47,892 nucleotides of DNA. Origin: an uncultured Pseudomonadota bacterium. Lineage in GTDB: Bacteria; Pseudomonadota; Alphaproteobacteria; Rs-D84; CACZYB01. Below, piece after piece: positions 41,045 through 47,892 of the stretch. A program made the position numbers and the translations under genes. Under the pieces are notes generated by a model that had not been told where the DNA came from, did no database searches, and was given only the letters and a program-made list of their open reading frames with translations. The DNA lies in contig CACZYB010000008.1 in NCBI GenBank assembly GCA_902785275.1, positions 1 to 47,892 on the forward strand. Direction: 5' to 3'. The number at the start of each line of letters is the position of its first letter. Within the stretch, counting starts at the first letter, position 1.

Positions 41045-41701
41045 ATGAAAAAAAATACAGTTTTAGTTGGAGCAAGCATTTTATCCGAAGATTTTTTTGA
41101 TATTCAAAAAACTTTGAAAAAGGTAAATTCTTCGGATTTGGATTTTGTGCATTTGGATGTGATGGATGGTGTTTTTGTGCCAAACATTTCATTTGGTCCT
41201 GCGTTTGTAAAAAATATTCGTCCTTACTCGGACAAGTTTTTTGATGTGCATTTGATGGTGAAAAATCCGTTGCCTTATATTGAAAGGTTTGTTCAGGCTG
41301 GGGCTGATTTGATATCGGTTCATGCGGAGGCAAAAAATTCACGCAAGTGTTTGAATTTGATAAAACAGAGTGGTGTGAAGTGTGGGATTGTCGTAAATCC
41401 AAAGACAAAGGCTGGGGCTGTTAAAAAATATTTATCCGTTGTGGATTGTGTTATGGTTATGACTGTAGAGCCTGGATTTGGTGGGCAAAAGTTTATGGAA
41501 GATCAACTTTCTAAAATTTCAAAAATTTCTGATATGATAAAAAAATCTGGTTGTCAAATTAGGCTTGAAGTTGATGGTGGGGTTAATTTTGATACGGAAA
41601 AGCTTGCTTTGAAAAGTGGGGCGGATACCTTTGTTGTTGGAAGTTTCCTTTTCAAACAGAAAAATTTTAATGCTACCGTTAAAAAATTAAAGCTCGGATA
41701 A
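41045..41701 (+). CDS. rpe: Ribulose-phosphate 3-epimerase
   Basis: HLDVMDGVFVPN, DVHLM, MTVEPGFGGQ, VDGG; start ATG 41045. Confidence 0.96.
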   Translation: MKKNTVLVGASILSEDFFDIQKTLKKVNSSDLDFVHLDVMDGVFVPNISFGPAFVKNIRPYSDKFFDVHLMVKNPLPYIERFVQAGADLISVHAEAKNSRKCLNLIKQSGVKCGIVVNPKTKAGAVKKYLSVVDCVMVMTVEPGFGGQKFMEDQLSKISKISDMIKKSGCQIRLEVDGGVNFDTEKLALKSGADTFVVGSFLFKQKNFNATVKKLKLG

Positions 41702-42754
41702 AGTTGGAATTTCAATCCAAAGGACATCTTTTATATTATCGGTATGGTTTGCAAGCATCATAAGTCTGTCTATACCCATGGCAATACCGGTACAATTTTC
41801 AAGTGTTTCAATCGCATTTAAAAATTCATAATCGATTGGAAAAGTTGTGCCGTAAATTTTCTGTTTTTCAGCTTGGTCGTGTTTAAATCTTTCTTCTTGG
41901 ACTTTTCTGTTTGTAAGTTCGGTGAATGCGTTGGCAAGTTCAACACCGCAAACGTAAAGTTCAAATCGTTCGGCAATGTTTGGATTATCTTTTTTCGGTG
42001 CGGAAAGTGCAGCCTGGTGTATTGGGTATTCGTAAAGTACAGTTGGTTTTCCAATACCAAGGTTTGGTTCGATATATTCGAACATTAATTTTTCATAAAT
42101 ATCATCCCATGTATCAATTTCGCTTACTGATATATTTAATTTCTTTGCGAATGGAGTGATAAGTTTTGTTGATGGATTTTGTGGATTATCGATTGTTGAA
42201 AGAATATCGAAATTACAAAATTTTTGGAATGCTTCGGCAATAGTTAATTTTTCGATACCGTCTTTTATAAAACATTTTTTGCCTTTGTATTCGAAAAAAT
42301 CGGTGTCGATAATTTCAAGCGAGCGTTTTAAAATTTCTTCACAGTCATCCATTAACTTTTCATAATTATATCCAATACGGTACCATTCAAGCATTGTAAA
42401 TTCAGGGTAGTGGGTTGGGGAAACAACTTCGTTTCGAAATGTGTGGGTGAATTGGTATATATTTTTCATACCAAAAGATAAAAGTTTTTTCATAGAAAAT
42501 TCAGGAGATGTGTGTAAATAAAGTTCCTGAGTATCTATACCATTTATATTTTTAAATAATGTTTGGAATGCAAAAAGATGTACTTCCATTCCAGGAGAAT
42601 ATTGAAGTATAGGGGTATCGACTTCGATAAAATCATCCTTTGCAAAAAAGTTTTTTATTGATGAAATAATTTTATTTCTATTTAAAAGAAAAGGAAGTTT
42701 TCTTTCGAAAACCTCCTTTGTATTTTGAAAATTGTTGCAATTATTTTGCTTCAT
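41687..42754 (-). CDS. epmA: EF-P lysine aminoacylase EpmA (GenX/PoxA)
   Basis: LHTSPEFSMKKLL, HYPEFTMLEWY, ERFELY, ELANAF, GIAMGIDRL; likely ATG 42754. Confidence 0.93.
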   Translation of the reverse strand: MKQNNCNNFQNTKEVFERKLPFLLNRNKIISSIKNFFAKDDFIEVDTPILQYSPGMEVHLFAFQTLFKNINGIDTQELYLHTSPEFSMKKLLSFGMKNIYQFTHTFRNEVVSPTHYPEFTMLEWYRIGYNYEKLMDDCEEILKRSLEIIDTDFFEYKGKKCFIKDGIEKLTIAEAFQKFCNFDILSTIDNPQNPSTKLITPFAKKLNISVSEIDTWDDIYEKLMFEYIEPNLGIGKPTVLYEYPIHQAALSAPKKDNPNIAERFELYVCGVELANAFTELTNRKVQEERFKHDQAEKQKIYGTTFPIDYEFLNAIETLENCTGIAMGIDRLMMLANHTDNIKDVLWIEIPTLSEL

Positions 42755-43412
42755 TTTCTTTAGCAGCTTCCTTAGCAGCAGCTTTTTCTTCTGTTGCAGA
42801 TGGAACATCTGTTGTTTCAGGAGCAGCAGTTTCTGTAACTTCTTGTACAGCAGAAGCAATAGTTGCAATTGTAAATTTTTCGTGTGATGCAAATTTCAAA
42901 CCCTTTGGAAGTTTAATTGAGTCTGAGTGAATAGATTCAGCAACATCCAAATCAGAAACATCAACTTCGATTGCATCAACCATGTCAGATGCTTTACATA
43001 CAATAGCAGCGATACGGTTAACAATGTTAAGAACGCCACCTTTCTTAGTACCCTTGCAAGTTTCTTCACCGATGAATTTGAATGGGATTTCAACAGTGAT
43101 TTCTTTATTCAAATCAATTCTTAAGAAATCTGCATGAATTGGATTATCTTTTACTTTGTGGTATTGAATAGCTTGGCAAAGAGCAAGTTCTTTTTTACCA
43201 GTACCTTCGATTTCAAGTTCGAATTGACGAGTTCTGAAACCTTTGATTTGCATTTGTTTTTCCAAATCTTTTGGAGTGATTGCAATCAATTCAGGTTCTT
43301 GTTTGTTTCCATAGATAACAGCAGGAATAAGACCAGCTCTTCTTGTAGCACGTGCGGCCCCTTTACCACTGTTGTCTCTTTTTTGTACTTTTAATGTAAC
43401 TTTATTAGCCAT
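42741..43412 (-). CDS. rplY: 50S ribosomal protein L25 / Ctc
   Basis: GKGAARATRRAGLIPAVIYG, HADF, KGGVL. Confidence 0.95.
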   Translation of the reverse strand: MANKVTLKVQKRDNSGKGAARATRRAGLIPAVIYGNKQEPELIAITPKDLEKQMQIKGFRTRQFELEIEGTGKKELALCQAIQYHKVKDNPIHADFLRIDLNKEITVEIPFKFIGEETCKGTKKGGVLNIVNRIAAIVCKASDMVDAIEVDVSDLDVAESIHSDSIKLPKGLKFASHEKFTIATIASAVQEVTETAAPETTDVPSATEEKAAAKEAAKENEAK

Positions 43413-43442
43413 TTTTTAAGTCCTTTTTTTTATTAATATTAT

Positions 43443-43471
43443 ATTAGTTGCCTCCAAGGGTGCAAACTAAT
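43443..43471 (-). promoter_or_regulatory. Hairpin in the rplY leader, candidate L25 regulatory element
   Basis: Minus strand attagtttgc-acccttggag-gcaactaat, GC-rich stem-loop 30 nt upstream of the ATG. Confidence 0.4.
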
Positions 43472-43623
43472 GTGGGGAATTATATCATATCATATTGTAA
43501 AATCAAGAGTTTTTTTAAGAAAATAACTTTTATATTCTCTTTGAAAATTTTTGTTGACAAACTAATATTCTGTCAATATAATTTGTCACGTGGTATAAAT
43601 AATATAAAAAAAAGAGGTATGAT

Positions 43624-44010
43624 ATGGATAAAAAAATAGTAATTGATGTTGATAATAAACAATCATTCATTCTTGATAGAAATAATATTCCAGAAGTTGT
43701 TGTTTTTAAAAAGAATACAAGTGCTACTACATCACTTATTGGTGATAAGTATAATGTTGAGAAAAAAAGAGATTTGATTATTGCTGCTATTAAAATTAGA
43801 GATAGCAAAACAGTTTATCATTCAGTTGTTTACGAACCAATTTTTATGAAAGAAATTGAAGCATCTTTCAATCAATTCGTTATGATTAACAATTTGAATG
43901 TTTTGGACAGTGTTACTTTGAAAGCTAATTACTCAAGAGGTCCAAGATCTGTTTTGGGTAATGGTGGTTTTAAGGCTTCTCAGATTTTTGATAAAGAATA
44001 TTATAGTTAA
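43624..44010 (+). CDS. Hypothetical protein
   Basis: 128 aa ORF, GAGG RBS, TTGACA/TTGTCA promoter-like motifs upstream. Confidence 0.7.
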   Translation: MDKKIVIDVDNKQSFILDRNNIPEVVVFKKNTSATTSLIGDKYNVEKKRDLIIAAIKIRDSKTVYHSVVYEPIFMKEIEASFNQFVMINNLNVLDSVTLKANYSRGPRSVLGNGGFKASQIFDKEYYS

Positions 44011-44019
44011 ACTTTATTT

Positions 44020-44673
44020 TTGTGGGGGTATGTCGTGAAAAGAGTAAAATTTGACAAACTTTCAAACGCTTATTTGGTTTTGATTTTTGGAGCACTTTTG
44101 TTGGGTGGAAGTGCTGGGTTGGAAGTTGCTAATCGTGTTGAACATGATATTTATGTTAAAAAGATGGAAGTAGTTAATAAACTTAATGTAGTTTCTGCAC
44201 AGGCTATTTCTGATGTTAAGAAAACTGAACAAAATGGTCGTAAAAGTTATTCCGTTGATGTTGATTTAGATAATAATGGAACGAAAGATTGGACTGTTAA
44301 TTTACTTGATAATGTGAAATATGTATCCCCAGAACGTTTGAAAAAAATAGAAAAAATCAAAAAAGATTCAAAAATTATGTTTGAATGTTTGTATGATTAC
44401 AATAATACAGTTGATGTTGATGGACAACGTATTTTTATAAATGAAAATATAAGTTCTATTTCTGGAAGTAAGAAAGTTGGTCTTGTTGATGATATATTTG
44501 TTATTGATGGAGATGTTGTTGGAAAACCTCAAAATCCACATAATAGAATGTCATTTTACTTTGCAGGTGATACATTGGATTGTGGAGAAGGTTTTGAAAT
44601 GCCAAAAGAAAAAATCAATGATAAAAAATTTCATATGTTTTTTGCTTCATACCTTAGACACAATGTAAAATAA
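44020..44673 (+). CDS. Hypothetical membrane-anchored protein
   Basis: One N-terminal TM segment; start may be GTG 44035. Confidence 0.65.
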   Translation: MWGYVVKRVKFDKLSNAYLVLIFGALLLGGSAGLEVANRVEHDIYVKKMEVVNKLNVVSAQAISDVKKTEQNGRKSYSVDVDLDNNGTKDWTVNLLDNVKYVSPERLKKIEKIKKDSKIMFECLYDYNNTVDVDGQRIFINENISSISGSKKVGLVDDIFVIDGDVVGKPQNPHNRMSFYFAGDTLDCGEGFEMPKEKINDKKFHMFFASYLRHNVK

Positions 44674-44699
44674 AGTTTTCTTATATTTGTTATATTTTT

Positions 44700-44725
44700 A
44701 AGGGAGGTTTTATACCTCCTTTTTT
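44700..44725. terminator. Bidirectional terminator
   Basis: aagggaggt-ttat-acctccttttt between convergent genes. Confidence 0.7.
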
Positions 44726-45413
44726 ATTCTTTGAATTCAAGAAGCCCGATTTGGCAAGATTTCCAAAGGACAACATCAATATAACCAATGGATAAACCTG
44801 TTTCTTTTTCGATACTTTTGAACATTTTATCACAGGCTTTTTTTGTTTCTGGGCAAAGTTGGGATGATACTGTCATGTCATTTTTACCACAGATGGATAT
44901 ACCCAAACGTTGTATCCAAACATCGTATTTAACTTTGTTTATACCGAGGTTACGTGCAATGTGATTTTTTGTGATTGCGCCTATATGTGGAAGTTTTTCA
45001 AGGTAGTTTAATTTTTCATCGATACTTTGTAATTTATAAAAGTTTTCACAGTATTCTTCTTTATTATTCCATACCTTGCAAATTGCATTAATTTTGTTTT
45101 TGTTGCCAAAGATTTTAAGCAAATTTTCTGGGATAGCTTGGTTTTCCTTTTTTATAAAATCGGTTATTTCAAAAAATTTTTGTTTTGCAATTTTTTGTTT
45201 GAATCCACTGGCAAGAATTACGTAAATTACTTCTTCTGCAAATTCGGATGGAGTAAATAAAGGTGGGTTTTGAAGATGTGATTTTATTACTTCAAAACTA
45301 TCCTTATCCGATGCAAGACCAGAATTAATTAAGTATTTTTCAAGAGCAAAGAAAACTCCCTTATCTATTTTTGAGATAAAGGAGTTTGTTAGTTTGCAAA
45401 ATACTTTTGTCAT
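44724..45413 (-). CDS. Helix-hairpin-helix protein, DNA-glycosylase-like
   Basis: YVILASGF, LEKLPHIGAITKNHIARNLG..KYDVW, IDVVLW. Confidence 0.6.
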   Translation of the reverse strand: MTKVFCKLTNSFISKIDKGVFFALEKYLINSGLASDKDSFEVIKSHLQNPPLFTPSEFAEEVIYVILASGFKQKIAKQKFFEITDFIKKENQAIPENLLKIFGNKNKINAICKVWNNKEEYCENFYKLQSIDEKLNYLEKLPHIGAITKNHIARNLGINKVKYDVWIQRLGISICGKNDMTVSSQLCPETKKACDKMFKSIEKETGLSIGYIDVVLWKSCQIGLLEFKE

Positions 45414-46300
45414 TAGATTGCTTTACCTTCTTGAACCCAATCCTCTAAGCGTGGAAGATTAGATTTTGCAACATCATCGATTGTTTTAAGTTGAGTTAAA
45501 ACTTCTTCCATATACATCAAAGGAATTGCATTCCAGATATCGGAACCTCCCTTTAATGGTTCTGGATGAGTTTCAATAAATACACCACCAACGTGACCAG
45601 TAGAAAGTGCAGCACGTGCAATGATTGGTGCCATACGACCTTCACCACCGCTTGATTCACCCATAGCAGCAGGTTTTTGAACAGAGTGTGTTGCATCAAT
45701 AACAACAGGGTATCCTGTTTCTGCCATTGTAATCAAACCAGTTGTATCAACAACCAAAGCTCCATAACCGAATGATGTTCCGCGTTCTGTTAAACAAAGG
45801 TTATAATTTTCAAAATGTTCGTACTTACCGATAACATTTTTCATATCCTTTGGGGCCATAAATTGTGCCTTTTTCAAATTGCAAGCCTTACCAGTTTTTG
45901 CGATAGCAGCAGATAAATCTGTTTGGCGAATTAAGAATGCAGGTTGTTGAATCATATCAACATGTGGGGCGATAATTGCAGCCTGTTCTTCTGTGTGAAC
46001 ATCTGTGATTACTGGGATACCAAGTTCGTTTCTAATTCTATCAAAAATCTTGATGCCTGTTTCGATACCAACACCACGTGCTCCATTGATTGAATTACGA
46101 TTTGCCTTATCAAATGAAGCTTTGAAAATGTATTGGATACCAAGTTTTTCGGTTAATTCCTTCATATATTTTGCGATTTTCAAAGCTAATTCTTCATCTT
46201 GTAATTGGCAAGGGCCAGCAATAAGAGTAAATGGTAAATCATTACCCATTGTAACTTCTTTTACAATGCCACCACCAACTTTTATATGTTTATTTTCCAT
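45413..46300 (-). CDS. kdsA: KDO-8-phosphate synthase
   Basis: IAGPC, FKASFDKANR, PAFLIRQTD, ERGTSFGY, DATHSVQ. Confidence 0.96.
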   Translation of the reverse strand: MENKHIKVGGGIVKEVTMGNDLPFTLIAGPCQLQDEELALKIAKYMKELTEKLGIQYIFKASFDKANRNSINGARGVGIETGIKIFDRIRNELGIPVITDVHTEEQAAIIAPHVDMIQQPAFLIRQTDLSAAIAKTGKACNLKKAQFMAPKDMKNVIGKYEHFENYNLCLTERGTSFGYGALVVDTTGLITMAETGYPVVIDATHSVQKPAAMGESSGGEGRMAPIIARAALSTGHVGGVFIETHPEPLKGGSDIWNAIPLMYMEEVLTQLKTIDDVAKSNLPRLEDWVQEGKAI

Positions 46301-46429
46301 TGTAATATCCTTTTTGTACTTATTAAAAACTTCCTATATTTTACTGTATTACATGGGGAAAATCAATATGAAATTATTATGAAGGTATTTATTTTACCTT
46401 AGGATTTTGTATTAATGAATATAGATATG

Positions 46430-46669
46430 TTAGGAGAGATTTAGTTTTAACGCGTAATTATCAAGTGTTGTGTGAGCAGAAGAGAGAAGTGGAGTTACTT
46501 TGATTACAGAGTGAGAATTATCATCAAAATTAAGTAATATACTGTCCCCAACTTTTGGAATAATATCTTTTGGTAAAGAATATGCAAAGACGAAAACAAT
46601 ATCCTTATTGATTGTTCCGCATACTTTTTCGATTTTATTGTTGTGTATTAATTTTATGGATTCAATCAT
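46430..46669 (-). CDS. Hypothetical protein
   Basis: Likely start MIESIK after AAGGA RBS. Confidence 0.5.
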   Translation of the reverse strand: MIESIKLIHNNKIEKVCGTINKDIVFVFAYSLPKDIIPKVGDSILLNFDDNSHSVIKVTPLLSSAHTTLDNYALKLNLS

Positions 46670-46777
46670 TTTATATTCAGTCCTTTCTTTGTGTTTTTTA
46701 TTTATCCTTATGTAATACAGGGTATACAATATAGAACATAAAAAGAAAAAATCAAGAACAAAATATAAAATATTTTT

Positions 46778-47797
46778 TTATTTCTTAAAAATCTTGTTTT
46801 TCAAACCAACCCACCATGGGTCTTTATCAACTTGTTTTGCAAGTTTTAAAATATGAGCATCTTGGAAGAAATATTTGTATTTATTCTTTTTTGCAACTCT
46901 TATAGTCTTTTTTAATACTTTTAAAAATTTCTTATATTCAGGATGGCCTGGTTCCCAACATTCATATTTTTCGTGATCTCTACACATTGAAGATGTTTCA
47001 CTGTGGCATGGTTTGAATTTTTCAAAACAAACAACAGAGTTAAAATTACTTGCTAATTTCAAGAAATCAGGCATTTCTTTATAATTTAATGATGAAATAA
47101 CAAACATTAATTGGATGAAAGTCTTTTTATTTATATGTTTTATATTATCTAAAACGGTATCAAAATCACTGCCACACACAATTTTATTATAGGTCTTTTT
47201 TGTTGCAGCGTGAACAGAAACAATAACATAATTTAATCTATCGATAATTCCCAAATCTCTTAAAATATCCTTTTTTAATAATAAACCATTTGAAAAAATA
47301 ATAAAAGAAAGATGAGGGTAAGTTTCTGCCAATATTTTTATTAATTTTCTGAAATGAGGTGATGAAAGAGCTTCACCTTCTCCATTAATAGAAACGGTTT
47401 TTGCGTGTTTACAAATAGGAACTATTTTTTCAATAAATTTTTCTTGTTTTTCTGTATCTTCTTTTGTTTCACAAATTAGTTCATCACGACACATTTTGCA
47501 TCTTACATTACAAAACTTATTATATGCTAAATCTATACATTCAGGATAATTGAAATTAGGTTCTTCTGATTTTTGACCTTTTGATTGTTTTAAAGTACAA
47601 AATTCAGAGCAATATTTATAACTTCCGTCTAAAATTGTTTTTCTAAATGCTTGAGCTTTTTCACCAAACCATATATCTTCAAACGAATCTTTGAATATAT
47701 TTCCTAAAACATATTTACTTGTCCACCAACAGAAAAATACATCTCCATTTGGAAATATTCTAATTAATTGAAACGGAAATTTGCAGCAGTTTTCCAT
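46778..47797 (-). CDS. Radical SAM protein with N-terminal SPASM domain
   Basis: CKFPF...NGDVFFC...LGNI SPASM; CNVRCKMC; GEGEA. Confidence 0.85.
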   Translation of the reverse strand: MENCCKFPFQLIRIFPNGDVFFCWWTSKYVLGNIFKDSFEDIWFGEKAQAFRKTILDGSYKYCSEFCTLKQSKGQKSEEPNFNYPECIDLAYNKFCNVRCKMCRDELICETKEDTEKQEKFIEKIVPICKHAKTVSINGEGEALSSPHFRKLIKILAETYPHLSFIIFSNGLLLKKDILRDLGIIDRLNYVIVSVHAATKKTYNKIVCGSDFDTVLDNIKHINKKTFIQLMFVISSLNYKEMPDFLKLASNFNSVVCFEKFKPCHSETSSMCRDHEKYECWEPGHPEYKKFLKVLKKTIRVAKKNKYKYFFQDAHILKLAKQVDKDPWWVGLKNKIFKK

Positions 47798-47892
47798 AAA
47801 TTATCCTTTTACTTTTTTATTGCTCCGTAGGTTAAGGTTAAGTGGGTTTGGGCATTATCTTTGTATTCCAATATTCCTACACTTTCTAACCT

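Noticed and set aside
40952-42892. Long N-terminal extensions of Rpe (from 40952) and EpmA (from 42892) in the ORF track
   Set aside because: They overlap the upstream genes in another frame; homology starts near 41045 and 42754.

Overview
Low-GC bacterial chromosome segment, most likely a reduced, anaerobe-adapted Alphaproteobacterium (PopZ-like gene, lptAB, mlaC, kdsA, ftsQA, class III RNR); this taxonomy is an inference. Two parts. (1) About 1-8790 is a very AT-rich accessory island of short, mostly + strand genes that resemble polymorphic-toxin immunity proteins (barstar, ImmE5-like, Imm40, EF-Tu-domain-III-like). No intact toxin is present in the window. Several genes are preceded by only the last 10-40 codons of an apparent cognate toxin (barnase-like, colicin E5-like, possibly GIY-YIG-like). 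Four of them are followed by the same ~25 bp semi-palindromic junction motif. A three-domain RNA repair enzyme (kinase-phosphoesterase-ligase) is embedded in the array. This looks like an acquired, cassette-built orphan-immunity array and is the main candidate novel system. (2) About 8800-47892 is scrambled housekeeping DNA: popZ-like, epmB-like, glmS, xerC, dCMP deaminase, a compact rnpB, rlmE, split nrdD with NrdR boxes, sufBCD, mlaC, three acidic-loop beta-barrel OMPs, pth, obgE, lptBA, ligA, rsmE, ftsQA (no ftsZ), a degenerate T1SS-type ABC protein, rpe, epmA, rplY, kdsA and a radical SAM/SPASM gene. All family assignments come from motif recognition, not database searches.
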